Part shown: in pieces, positions 29,082 through 42,315 of the stretch
Layout: each line of letters begins with the position of its first letter
Numbering within the stretch: the first letter of the stretch is position 1
The notes under the pieces: generated by a model
Seen by the model: only the letters and a program-made list of their open reading frames with translations
The model's database searches: none
What the model was told of the DNA's origin: nothing
DNA from: Candidatus Aminicenantes bacterium
GTDB lineage: Bacteria > Acidobacteriota > Aminicenantia > Aminicenantales > JAFGBC01
NCBI GenBank assembly: GCA_963702005.1
Contig: OY969696.1
Location: forward strand, 3,328,001 to 3,392,000
Length of the DNA: 64,000 nt
Direction: 5' to 3'
Made by a program: the position numbers and the translations under genes

Positions 29082-31307
29082 TCAGGCTCCAATTTTGCCG
29101 CGGATGACGGTAATGGAGGCCTTCGGCAGCTCGTAGACGGTCTCCGTTTTTCCGGCGATGTGAGCCTTGACGGGGGGACCGTCCGGTTGCGCGTAGCCCT
29201 TAGCGCCGTCGGGGTGCCATTCGAATTGGCCGGCCCCGAACGTGATGAAATCCACCGATCCCGAGAAGAAGCGATCACGCTTCGCGTCCGCGTCATGGAA
29301 CGCGATCCTCAGGGGATGGGCGTTTTCGCGGTCTTTATTGATGAGGAGCAGCGACCACCGTCCTTCGGGACGCCCAAGGGCATAAGCCGTGACCAACAAA
29401 TTCCCGGCGGCGTCTCGCACGTCGCTGGAAGCGCGGAAAACCCGGTGGGGCGCATCGACGGGCTGGACCCACTCCAGGGAGACGAGCCGCGAGGCAAAGT
29501 ACTGGGCGTGGTATCCTTTCACCCGATAGTCCGCGTCCACGTTGAATAGGCCGAACGTCCCCCACGAGTCGTTGCATCCGGCCCGCAGCGGGGACGGCAG
29601 GTAATGGAAGAAATAGCTGGCGTCTCCGCCGGCCGTCAAGAACGCCCCGGTGTAGTCGGCGAACCAAAGACCTCCCAGGATATCCACGAACGTCAGGCCG
29701 CTTTGCCAGGAAAGGTTGACCTCGGTGACGAACATCGGGAGATCCGGCGGCAGCCCGTCGTCCCTCCAAACTTGAAGGATGTGGCTGATCAGTCGGGGCT
29801 CGTTGTAGAGGTCGTCCCAGGTCGTACGGCAAGGATCGTAGGGATAATGTTCAAAAGATAGGAACGCGAGGTCGTTCAGGCGTCCGCGCTCCTTCAGGTA
29901 ATCGATGAACCGGCCCAGCCAGGAGACCCTTCCTTCCGCGTCCGGCCAGACCTCCACGTCGCTGTTCACGCCTTCGAAAGAAGGTCCGCCCAGCTTCAGC
30001 GCCGGGTCGACGCGGTGAATGGCGGCGGCGAACTGAAGGTAGAGCGCGCCGTAGTCTTCGGGCAGCATGTACTGCCCGTCGGGCTCTTCTCCCAGTTCGA
30101 CATAGGAGACGGGATATCCGCGCTTCTTGATATAGGCCATCTGGGCCGCGGCGTCCTCGGGCGTGGAGTAGATCATCGCCACCGGAACCATCGCCGGAAG
30201 GCCGCGGGTGACGCCGCAGGTGTAGAACAAGTCGAACCCGACCTGATCGCCAAGTTTTTCGTCGAGGTCGGAAGCCTCATGCCAGGGATCGACGGAAGAG
30301 CAAAGCGTCGCGGTTTGTCCCCCGTCGGGAGAATGGCGGACGAGGTCCCGGAATCCGCCGTCCGCGGACAGGGTCCCGACGGACAATTCCCGGATCGCGT
30401 AGCCCGCGCTGTCGCGGGGATCGGCCGGACTCGACCCGAGACTCGTATAGGAAGACTCCGTCATCCAAATGCGGAGGTGCCTCGCCGGGATCGGTTCCGA
30501 AGCCAGGGGCAGCGTGACCGTGCCGCCGCGGCCCTCGGTCACCCTTCCCGTCGGGAACGTCTGCCAGACGCCGCCGGTCGGAGCCTCCAGCGGATCGCCT
30601 TCGCCCGTCCAGAATTGAACTAGGTAGCTCCGCGCGTAGGGCTCGGCCCAGTCGATCCTGACCGCGCCGACCTCCGTTTTTTCTCCCAGGTCGATCGTCA
30701 CCCATTGAGGGTGAAGTGCGTCGTCTTCTCCGGTAAATGCCCGGGTCAGATAAGGATTGCTCTTCCAGTAGGTGTCGAGGCTGCCGTCGGTCAGCCGGGA
30801 GTAGCCGCGCTCGGTGCCGCTGTTCCGCGTGAAGCCGCGGCGAGGGAGAGGGTAAGCGTAGGAATGGCGGATCATCTCCGCGGGTTCGGAGCTGCCCGTA
30901 AAATACCCTCGGCCCGCGGGATCGCTCCAGCTGCCCCGGGGATTCCAATGCCATGCTTCCACGTGGAGCTCGGTATTCTGGCGGTAGGATACGGTCTGCC
31001 AGCCCGCGGACAGGATGTATTTCAGAAAAGGCTCGTTGAGCAGGATATCGGCGGCTCCGGGCCTCAGCCGGTCGACGCCGGCGCCTAACGCTCGCACGGG
31101 GCTGAATGTGTTCAGGACGTGCGAGGGCGTGGAATCGACGACAACCCTGGGCACGACTTCCCTGGCCGGGCCGGCGTTCTTGGGCCATATAGCCGTTCCG
31201 AGGCCGCAAAGACAAAGTCCCGCGAGGGAGAGGTTCTCGAGAAGCCGGGCCGCGCGCCGAGGCTTCTCCGTTTCCGATCCTTTCCAGGCGCCGCTGACAG
31301 CGATCAT
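29082..31307 (-). CDS. Secreted glycoside hydrolase-like protein with an inserted discoidin (F5/8 type C) domain
   Basis: LTDGSLDTYW...PQWVTIDLG...RIDW discoidin motifs; ELGEEPDG and FVTEVN clan-A-like glutamates. Confidence 0.75.
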   Translation of the reverse strand: MIAVSGAWKGSETEKPRRAARLLENLSLAGLCLCGLGTAIWPKNAGPAREVVPRVVVDSTPSHVLNTFSPVRALGAGVDRLRPGAADILLNEPFLKYILSAGWQTVSYRQNTELHVEAWHWNPRGSWSDPAGRGYFTGSSEPAEMIRHSYAYPLPRRGFTRNSGTERGYSRLTDGSLDTYWKSNPYLTRAFTGEDDALHPQWVTIDLGEKTEVGAVRIDWAEPYARSYLVQFWTGEGDPLEAPTGGVWQTFPTGRVTEGRGGTVTLPLASEPIPARHLRIWMTESSYTSLGSSPADPRDSAGYAIRELSVGTLSADGGFRDLVRHSPDGGQTATLCSSVDPWHEASDLDEKLGDQVGFDLFYTCGVTRGLPAMVPVAMIYSTPEDAAAQMAYIKKRGYPVSYVELGEEPDGQYMLPEDYGALYLQFAAAIHRVDPALKLGGPSFEGVNSDVEVWPDAEGRVSWLGRFIDYLKERGRLNDLAFLSFEHYPYDPCRTTWDDLYNEPRLISHILQVWRDDGLPPDLPMFVTEVNLSWQSGLTFVDILGGLWFADYTGAFLTAGGDASYFFHYLPSPLRAGCNDSWGTFGLFNVDADYRVKGYHAQYFASRLVSLEWVQPVDAPHRVFRASSDVRDAAGNLLVTAYALGRPEGRWSLLLINKDRENAHPLRIAFHDADAKRDRFFSGSVDFITFGAGQFEWHPDGAKGYAQPDGPPVKAHIAGKTETVYELPKASITVIRGKIGA

Positions 31308-31516
31308 GAAACCTCCTCGGCTTTTTTTTGCCGTCGGAAATGATATGTCCGATAAGCGAACGTTGTCAAACCGGATCGGCCGGCCGCGGGGCCGGAGCCA
31401 TCGACAGCCGAAATCATCCGCGGTGCCGGCCTCACTCGGGGCAAGGTGGATTTGCTTTACTTAACAGACGATTCTTGAGAATATAAAATAACGAACGTCC
31501 GATAAATTCATCATAG

Positions 31517-35504
<3,988 letters not shown>

Positions 35505-35535
35505 GACAACCTCCCTTTCGGCCGATTCATAAAAA

Positions 35536-35807
<272 letters not shown>

Positions 35808-35824
35808 TTATTTATTACCTCTAT

Positions 35825-37096
35825 TTAAAAACGATAACCGACCCCGGCCCGGAACATGATTCCGTCCCAGAAGCCCGCTTCGGCGATCGCGGACAGGCCG
35901 CGGACGATGTCGCCCTTGACGCCGATCCCGAGGTGGAGAAGGACGAAGATGTTGGGAATGTTGAAGTCGGTCTCTTCCTCGGCTTCGGTAAAGGTCTTGA
36001 CGATGGTGTCCTCGATGACCTTCTGCTGGGTCAGGTACTGGAACGTCCCTTTCCAGGCGTAGCCGACGTTGCCGTCCAGGACGGCCAGTCCCAGGCCGCA
36101 GCTGAAATAGGGCGTCACCCGCCAGGAGGGCACGATCTCCCAGCGGAAGCTCAGGTTCGTCGAGAACGGGCGCGTCTCGATATAGCCGCTGGAATCGACT
36201 TGGGACGAGCCGCCCGGGGCGTAGGTCTGCTTGACCGGGCCGGAGATCATGAACTTGAGATGGGTCTTCTCGAAGGACAGCTCGAGGCTGAAGCCCCCTT
36301 TCCGTCCTTTCGGATAGAAACGGACTCCGAACCCGTAGTTGGAGCCGCTCGAATCGAAGGCGATGCTTTCTTCATACCCGGTCTGGGCGAGAAGCGGATA
36401 GGACTTTTGGAGTTGGCCGAGGACTTTTTTCCGGATCTCTTTGGCCAGGTTGTCGGTGACGTAGGATTCGAAGAGGCCCTTAACCGGGTTGATGCTCCAG
36501 GAAGAGAGATGGGCTTCGATCTCCCACTTCTCTCTCCAATCGGTCTCGCCCAGGAGCCTGAGGCCGGTCGCCGGCTGCGTCTGAGGAGCGGGGGGAGTCA
36601 CCTGCTTGGGAGGCTCCTGGACCGGGGCCTGGACGGGGGCTTGAACCGGAGGGGCCGCCGGCCGAGGCTCCTGCTGAGCGGGTTCGGCCAAGGCCGCCCG
36701 CTCCTTGCGGACATCCATGAAGAGAAGAACGAAGGACTCGGGATAGATCCGGTCGATGGGCTCCTTCTGGGGGTCGTATTCCAGCGTTTCGTTGAGCCAC
36801 TTGCGGGCGCTGTCGCGGTCGTTCAGCGAAAAGTAGCAGATGGCCAGGCCGAGCGAGGCCCGGGCGAGCTCCGCGCGTTCGAGCGAAAGAGTGGTGATTT
36901 CGAAATAGTTCTCGAGGGCGGTCGCGAAATCCCCCCGATCGAAGGCGGTATCGGCCGCGCCGAAAAGCCGCCCGACCCGTTCCTGAGCCTGCGTTTTTTC
37001 CTGGCCGACCAGCCCGCCGGCGAGCCAGGCGCAGAGGAGGCCGGCCGCGATCAAGGCCAGCGCAGGCTTGGGAGCGCGATGTCCGTCCATACTCAC
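35825..37096 (-). CDS. Secreted TPR protein with a Pro/Gln linker and a C-terminal outer-membrane beta-barrel-like domain
   Basis: Signal peptide, TPR-like helices, QAPVQAPV linker, alternating beta strands and a terminal aromatic (GVGYRF). Confidence 0.7.
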   Translation of the reverse strand: MSMDGHRAPKPALALIAAGLLCAWLAGGLVGQEKTQAQERVGRLFGAADTAFDRGDFATALENYFEITTLSLERAELARASLGLAICYFSLNDRDSARKWLNETLEYDPQKEPIDRIYPESFVLLFMDVRKERAALAEPAQQEPRPAAPPVQAPVQAPVQEPPKQVTPPAPQTQPATGLRLLGETDWREKWEIEAHLSSWSINPVKGLFESYVTDNLAKEIRKKVLGQLQKSYPLLAQTGYEESIAFDSSGSNYGFGVRFYPKGRKGGFSLELSFEKTHLKFMISGPVKQTYAPGGSSQVDSSGYIETRPFSTNLSFRWEIVPSWRVTPYFSCGLGLAVLDGNVGYAWKGTFQYLTQQKVIEDTIVKTFTEAEEETDFNIPNIFVLLHLGIGVKGDIVRGLSAIAEAGFWDGIMFRAGVGYRF

Positions 37097-37143
37097 CGTC
37101 CTTTCACGGCATCCCAGACAGGGTACGTGAATCGTCGGCGGCT

Positions 37144-37226
37144 GTCAAATCATCGACACCCATACTAAGCCGTTTTCAGCTTAGTATGAGTACTGCAAGG
37201 CTGGGTGGCGTCGGCGAACGGGTCAA
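37144..37226. mobile_element. Miniature palindromic element, unit A
   Basis: GTCAA-atcatcga-CACCCATACTAAGCCGTTTTCAGCTTAGTATGAGTACTGCAAGGCTGGGTGGCG-TCGGCGAACGGGTCAA, homologous to the units at 38399, 42022/42092 and 59750. Confidence 0.75.
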
Positions 37227-37263
37227 ATAACCGATGGCCCCTGCGGTCGCCAACCCGTGAGAA

Positions 37264-37291
37264 TTGACACGCCGCCGAATCGACCTATAAT
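37264..37291 (+). promoter_or_regulatory. Consensus sigma70 promoter TTGACA-N16-TATAAT
   Basis: Perfect hexamers upstream of the zinc peptidase gene. Confidence 0.8.
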
Positions 37292-37313
37292 AAATAAAGT
37301 CGAATAGAGAGGT

Positions 37314-38009
37314 ATGGCTATGCTTTTTCATGATTCCACTTTTTTTCTTTTAATACCGCCCCTCATCCTGGCCCTCTATGCTCAAGCCAAGGTGCGGGGG
37401 ACCTACGCCAAATTCAGTCGCATCATCGCCTCGTCGCGGATCACGGGCGCCGAGGCCGCCCGCCAGCTCCTCCAGACGGGGGCGGCCGGAGACGTCCCAA
37501 TCGAGAAGATCCCGGGCCAGCTCAGCGATCATTACGACCCGCGCAAGAAGGTCCTGCGCCTCTCGGCCGGCGTTCACGACAGCAACTCGATCGCCGCCCT
37601 GGGCATCGCCGCCCACGAAACCGGACACGCCCTCCAGCACCACAACCACTACGGACCGCTCTATCTCCGGAACGCCATCTACCCGGTGGCCAATATCGGG
37701 TCGACCCTCGCCTTCCCGCTCTTCTTCATCGGGTTCCTGATGAGCCGCCGGGGACCGAGCCTCTTGATGGACCTGGGAATCTTCCTCTTCGCCGGCGCGG
37801 TCGCCTTCTCGATCATCACGCTTCCGGTGGAGTTCAACGCCTCCAAGCGGGCCATGGTCCTGCTCGAGGAGCGAGGCTTCCTGAACAAGCAGGAGCTGGG
37901 CGGGGCGCGGGCCGTCCTCTCGGCGGCGGCCTTGACCTACGTCGCGGCCACGGCCATGGCGGCCATGCAGCTCCTCCGTATGTTCATGCTGCGTCAGTCG
38001 CGCGATTAG
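37314..38009 (+). CDS. Membrane zinc metallopeptidase (YugP/Zn_peptidase_2 family)
   Basis: LSDHYDP, AAHETGHALQ, TLPVEFNASKRA and AAALTYVA motifs. Confidence 0.92.
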   Translation: MAMLFHDSTFFLLIPPLILALYAQAKVRGTYAKFSRIIASSRITGAEAARQLLQTGAAGDVPIEKIPGQLSDHYDPRKKVLRLSAGVHDSNSIAALGIAAHETGHALQHHNHYGPLYLRNAIYPVANIGSTLAFPLFFIGFLMSRRGPSLLMDLGIFLFAGAVAFSIITLPVEFNASKRAMVLLEERGFLNKQELGGARAVLSAAALTYVAATAMAAMQLLRMFMLRQSRD

Positions 38010-38011
38010 CG

Positions 38012-38060
38012 ATCGGGGCCAAGCCTGCGCTTTGCCGCAGAGCGCAGGCTTAGCCCCGAT
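38012..38060. terminator. Long inverted repeat between convergent genes (possible bidirectional terminator)
   Basis: ATCGGGGCcAAGCCTGCGCTTTG-ccg-CAGAGCGCAGGCTTaGCCCCGAT. Confidence 0.6.
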
Positions 38061-38065
38061 TACGA

Positions 38066-38326
38066 TTATGTCTCTTGGGGGGCGACTTTGAACAGTTTAT
38101 CGCCTTTATGGACGGGCTCGGCCACCTTCATGGCCACTTCCGCCCCCGGCCCGGCCGAATCAACCTTCCGATGATCGATCTCCAGGGAAGCGACCGGCTG
38201 GGTGAATTCCCTGGCATGCCCCGCGATCAGAATCGTCTCCCCGACCTTCAAATCGCCGCTGAGCTGGACGACGGCCACCCCGATATGGTTGAAATAGTGG
38301 GTCACCTGACCGATGCAAACGTCCAT
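38066..38326 (-). CDS. Small translation elongation factor-like (EF-Tu domain II-type beta-barrel) protein
   Basis: IGQVTHYFNHIGVAVVQL..LKVGETI..G..FTQPVASLEID..GAEVAMKV..PVHKGDKLF; AAGGAG RBS. Confidence 0.8.
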   Translation of the reverse strand: MDVCIGQVTHYFNHIGVAVVQLSGDLKVGETILIAGHAREFTQPVASLEIDHRKVDSAGPGAEVAMKVAEPVHKGDKLFKVAPQET

Positions 38327-38398
38327 CGCTCCCTCCTTGACAAAGCGCTGGGGAAAAGCCTTCCGCTACAAGAACAATATATCCGGCCGAAGGCCTAA

Positions 38399-38466
38399 GT
38401 CAACCCCTCGACACCCAGGGAAACCATGAGTACTGCAAGGCTGGGTAGCGTCGGCGAACGGGTCAA
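38399..38466. mobile_element. Miniature palindromic element, unit B (short hairpin variant)
   Basis: GTCAACCCCTCGACACCCA-gggaaacc-ATGAGTACTGCAAGGCTGGGTAGCGTCGGCGAACGGGTCAA. Confidence 0.75.
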
Positions 38467-38559
38467 CCTTGCCTATTCACGGCCTTGACAGGGCCTCATC
38501 CCGGGTGTAGAAAGATGTCTTGCCCTTGCTCCGGACCCCTCACTCACAAGGAGGTTTCG

Positions 38560-41160
38560 ATGAGAATTCCATCCCCATCCTTCAAAGCCATTATCCTTCT
38601 TCTGTCGCTTCTCTTGCCCTTCGCCGCCTCGGCCCAGACGCCGCCCGATCAGTTCCTGGGTCACCAGGTCGGCGCCGACCGCAAACTCGCCGACTACGGC
38701 CAGATCAGGGCCTACTTCGAAAAGCTGGACCAGGAGTCGCCCAAGCTCACGCTCGTCACGATCGGCGAGTCCGTCCAGAAAAGGCCCATGATCATGGCGA
38801 TCATCACGGCCGAAGAGAATATGGCCAAGCTCGACGCCTACCGCGAGATCGCCCGCAAACTCAAGGAATCGCGCGGCCTCTCGGCCGACGACGCCCGCCG
38901 CCTGGCCCACGAGGGCAAGGCCATCGTCCTCATCACCTGCAGCATCCACGCCTCCGAGATCGCGGCTTCCCAGATGTCGATGGAGTTCGCCTACGACCTC
39001 GTCACGGGCAGGACGCCCTTCGATGCCGCCGCCGTCCTCAAGGACGTCATCATTCTCCTCGTTCCCAGCCACAACCCCGACGGCAACCAGATGGTCGTCG
39101 ACTGGTACCGCAAGTACCTGGGGACCAAGTTCGAGGGCGGCAACCTGCCCTGGCTCTACCACGTCTACGCCGGCCACGACAACAACCGCGACTGGTTCAT
39201 GTTCAACCTTCCCGAGACCCGGGCCGTGACCAAGGTCCTCTACCACGACTGGTTCCCCCAAATCCACATCGACGAGCACCAGATGGGCTCGAACGGCGCG
39301 CGGCTGTTCATCCCGCCCTTCATGGATCCGCCCATCCCCAACGTCCAGCCCCTCCTCTGGCGGAGCGTCAACCTGTGCGGCGCCAACATGGCCTACGACC
39401 TCCAGAAGAACGGCAAAAGCGGGGTCGTCCACGGCCGGAGCTTCACCGGCTGGTGGATCGGCGCCTGCGACGACACCTCCTGGCTTCACAACACGGTCGG
39501 GATTCTGAGCGGAATGGCCTCGGTCCGCGCGGCCACCCCCGTCTTCATCGAACCCGGCGAGGTCCAGAGGGATTATGTCAAAAAGCAGATGGAGTTCCCC
39601 GATCCATGGCCGGGAGGCTGGTGGCGGCTCCGCGACATCGTCGATTACGAGCTCACCCTGTCGATGAGCCTGGTCAATACCGCCTTCCTCCGTAGGGAGG
39701 ACTTCCTGTTCAACTCCTACCTGATGTCCAAGAACAGCATCGAGACGCACGACAAAAGCCAGCCCTACGCCTTCGTCATCCCGCCCCGCCAGAACGATTA
39801 CCTGACCATGCTCAAGATGATCGACGTCCTCATGTTCGGCGGCGTCGAAGTCTCTAAAGCCCAGTCCGATTTCATCGCCGACGGCAAGCTCTATCCGGCC
39901 GGATCCTATGTCGTCCTGCTTACCCAGCCCTTCAAGCCCTATGCCTGGGCCCTCCTCGACAAGCAGAAATATCCCGACCTGCGCGAGTATCCCGGCGGCC
40001 CGCCCGTCCCGCCCTATGACAACGCGGGCTGGACGCTCCCGCTCCAGATGGGGGTCGCCTGCGACCGGATCGAGGGCGCGTTTGACGCCAAGCTGGAAAA
40101 GGTCGCCAAGGTCGAATACCCCCAGCCGCCGGCCGGGCAGGGCGCCTCGGCCTGGTTCGCCCTCGACTGCCGGACCAACGCCGCCTACCCGATGGTCTTC
40201 GCCCTCCTCAAGGACAAAGCCGAAGTCTACCGGACCAAAGCGTTCGTCACCCGGAAAGGGACCGAGATCCCGGCCGGAAGTTTCATCGTTAAGAACACGG
40301 CCGAGGTGAAAAAGGCCCTGCCCGGATTGGCCTCGAAGTACATCATGGCCGTCCTCGACCTCGACGACGCGGCCGACATCGACAAGGCCCCGGTCAAGTT
40401 CAACCGGGTCGGCCTGTACCAGTCCTGGAAATCCAGCATGGATGAAGGCTGGACGCGCTACGTCTTCGACGACTTGGGCATTCCTTTTACGTCCCTGCAC
40501 AACAAGGACTTCAAGGTCGAAAAGGGGAAGAAGCTCGACCTCAAGGCGAACTACGACGTCATCATCTTCCCCGATGAGAACGCGGACATCATCAAGACCG
40601 GAAAACCCGACCCCAACTCCCCGTTCGCCCGCTGGATAACGCCCATGCCCCCCGAATACGAGGGCGGGATCGAGCAGGCCGGCGTCGACGCCCTCAAGGC
40701 CTTCGTCGAGTCGGGCGGAATCGTGGTCGCGCTCAACGGGGCCGGCCAGTTCGCCATCAAGGAGCTCCAGGTGCCGGCCCGCGACGGGTTGGACAAGGTC
40801 GAGCCGTCCAAATTCTTCTGCCCGATGTCGATCCTCAAGCTCGAGGTCGACAACACGACGCCGATCGGGTACGGACTCTCCAAGACGACGCCGGCCGTAT
40901 TCTCGGACAGCCCCGGCTTCGAGACCCGGGTCCCGCCCAACGAGTGGGACCGCAAGGTCGTGGCCAGCTATCCGGAGGAGGACGTGCTGATGAGCGGCTG
41001 GCTGCTGGGCGAAGACGTCATCGCCCGCAAGGCGGCCGTCGTCGACTTCCAGTACAAGAAAGGGCGCATCATCCTGATCGGGATCGTTTCCCAGAACCGG
41101 GCCCAGTCCCACGGGACTTACAAGTTCCTGCTCAACGCGCTCCTCTACCCGCAGAGCTGA
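38560..41160 (+). CDS. Secreted M14 family zinc carboxypeptidase with a C-terminal glutamine amidotransferase-like domain
   Basis: SIHASE, NPDG, HDNNRDW and DEHQMG motifs, then PYDNAGWTLP and MDEGWTRYVFD; AAGGAGG RBS. Confidence 0.9.
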   Translation: MRIPSPSFKAIILLLSLLLPFAASAQTPPDQFLGHQVGADRKLADYGQIRAYFEKLDQESPKLTLVTIGESVQKRPMIMAIITAEENMAKLDAYREIARKLKESRGLSADDARRLAHEGKAIVLITCSIHASEIAASQMSMEFAYDLVTGRTPFDAAAVLKDVIILLVPSHNPDGNQMVVDWYRKYLGTKFEGGNLPWLYHVYAGHDNNRDWFMFNLPETRAVTKVLYHDWFPQIHIDEHQMGSNGARLFIPPFMDPPIPNVQPLLWRSVNLCGANMAYDLQKNGKSGVVHGRSFTGWWIGACDDTSWLHNTVGILSGMASVRAATPVFIEPGEVQRDYVKKQMEFPDPWPGGWWRLRDIVDYELTLSMSLVNTAFLRREDFLFNSYLMSKNSIETHDKSQPYAFVIPPRQNDYLTMLKMIDVLMFGGVEVSKAQSDFIADGKLYPAGSYVVLLTQPFKPYAWALLDKQKYPDLREYPGGPPVPPYDNAGWTLPLQMGVACDRIEGAFDAKLEKVAKVEYPQPPAGQGASAWFALDCRTNAAYPMVFALLKDKAEVYRTKAFVTRKGTEIPAGSFIVKNTAEVKKALPGLASKYIMAVLDLDDAADIDKAPVKFNRVGLYQSWKSSMDEGWTRYVFDDLGIPFTSLHNKDFKVEKGKKLDLKANYDVIIFPDENADIIKTGKPDPNSPFARWITPMPPEYEGGIEQAGVDALKAFVESGGIVVALNGAGQFAIKELQVPARDGLDKVEPSKFFCPMSILKLEVDNTTPIGYGLSKTTPAVFSDSPGFETRVPPNEWDRKVVASYPEEDVLMSGWLLGEDVIARKAAVVDFQYKKGRIILIGIVSQNRAQSHGTYKFLLNALLYPQS

Positions 41161-41180
41161 CCGCGGCCGGAATTCGTCTT

Positions 41181-41978
41181 CTAGTCGTACTTGATCTCGG
41201 TCTCGACCGTGAAATATTTATAGTTCTTATAGATGACGGAGATTCGGGCGTTCACGAATATCTTTCCGTCTTCATCGGCATACGCCTGCTCGCTGAAATT
41301 CCGGCTGGGAAAACGCAGCCCGTTTTTCTCGAAGCCGTATTCGGAAAAAGCGCTGACCTGGGGGACGGCGTTGTGGGTCTTGGCCCACTCTTCAATGCTC
41401 TGGAAGTTCCCGAGCGACTTCTGGTCCCAGACGATCTTCAGGACGCTGCCGTCGTCCTCCTTGATCCAGACCCTGCCCCAAGGATGCGGCTCACTGAGCC
41501 GAGGCCCCGGCACAGCCTCGATCACCACCGCCTTTTCCTTGTTGAAGATCTCGTCCCCGACAATTTGATATTCTAAATAAGCTTGCCAGGATTCGCTCAG
41601 CAGCCCGATCGGCCCGAAGAAGACATTCTCGTACTGGAACATGGCCGTTTTCAGCGTGGAGTCCCGGCTATCCGCCTTCTTTCCGTTGACCGCTAAAAGG
41701 TTTCTTTTTTCCTGGGCCGCCTGATTCTTCCGGATGAATTGATAGTCGTACAAATAGACGTCGGTATGGGGGGACCAATAGCGTGAAAACTCCGTCACTT
41801 CCTCAAGGCAGACGAAGTCGAGCGCGGCCCTATCCAGGCGCCGGCAGTAGTCCTCCGATTTTTTCAGGATCGCGGCCAGCCTCGGCTGGTCGGCGTGTGG
41901 ATGGGGAGTGAGCCGGAGGGAGGACACGCAGACTGCCGCGGCTAGGATGAAGACCTTTCCGGCGAAACTGCGGGCCAT
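41181..41978 (-). CDS. Secreted hypothetical protein
   Basis: Signal-like N-terminus; LDFVCLEEV...GRVWIKEDDGSVLKI...YKNYKYFTVET beta-rich pattern; upstream promoter present. Confidence 0.7.
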   Translation of the reverse strand: MARSFAGKVFILAAAVCVSSLRLTPHPHADQPRLAAILKKSEDYCRRLDRAALDFVCLEEVTEFSRYWSPHTDVYLYDYQFIRKNQAAQEKRNLLAVNGKKADSRDSTLKTAMFQYENVFFGPIGLLSESWQAYLEYQIVGDEIFNKEKAVVIEAVPGPRLSEPHPWGRVWIKEDDGSVLKIVWDQKSLGNFQSIEEWAKTHNAVPQVSAFSEYGFEKNGLRFPSRNFSEQAYADEDGKIFVNARISVIYKNYKYFTVETEIKYD

Positions 41979-42021
41979 TCTCCCCCGTCCATCGGAAATA
42001 ATAGGGGGCCGTCCTGTATCT

Positions 42022-42176
42022 GTCAACCCCTCGATTCCCCGGCCATCAGGCCGGGGCTTGTATAGGGGTAACCCTGAGCCTCGGCGAACGGGTCAACCCC
42101 TCGACACCCATACTAAGCCGTTTTCGGCTTAGTATGAGTGCTGCAAGGCGGGGCTAAGGGTCGGCGAACGGGTCAA
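42022..42176. mobile_element. Tandem dimer of miniature palindromic elements (C1 42022-42096, C2 42092-42176)
   Basis: Two units, each GTCAACCCCTCGA...TCGGCGAACGGGTCAA, sharing the central GTCAA and carrying different internal hairpins. Confidence 0.8.
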
Positions 42177-42315
42177 GCCGCGATCGGCGGCGGCCTGGCC
42201 TACAACTTTTTCGGCGCCGCCGGCGTTCTACTCCGCATCCGTCATCCCGCGGCGCTGGACATTCAGCGTTCCAGAAATTACTTCAGAAACTCCGCCGCGA
42301 AGGGGGAAGCCTTGA

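Noticed and set aside
36580-36690. QAPV/QEP short repeats in the TPR-barrel gene
   Set aside because: This is an ordinary low-complexity interdomain linker.
38473-41112. 879-aa antisense ORF and similar long antisense ORFs across the window
   Set aside because: These are expected in high-GC DNA opposite real genes with strong third-position GC bias, and they contain no recognisable motifs.
42022-42176. Repeat-spacer-repeat pattern resembling a mini CRISPR array
   Set aside because: The interiors are themselves repeated palindromic modules found at other loci, not unique spacers, and there are no cas genes.
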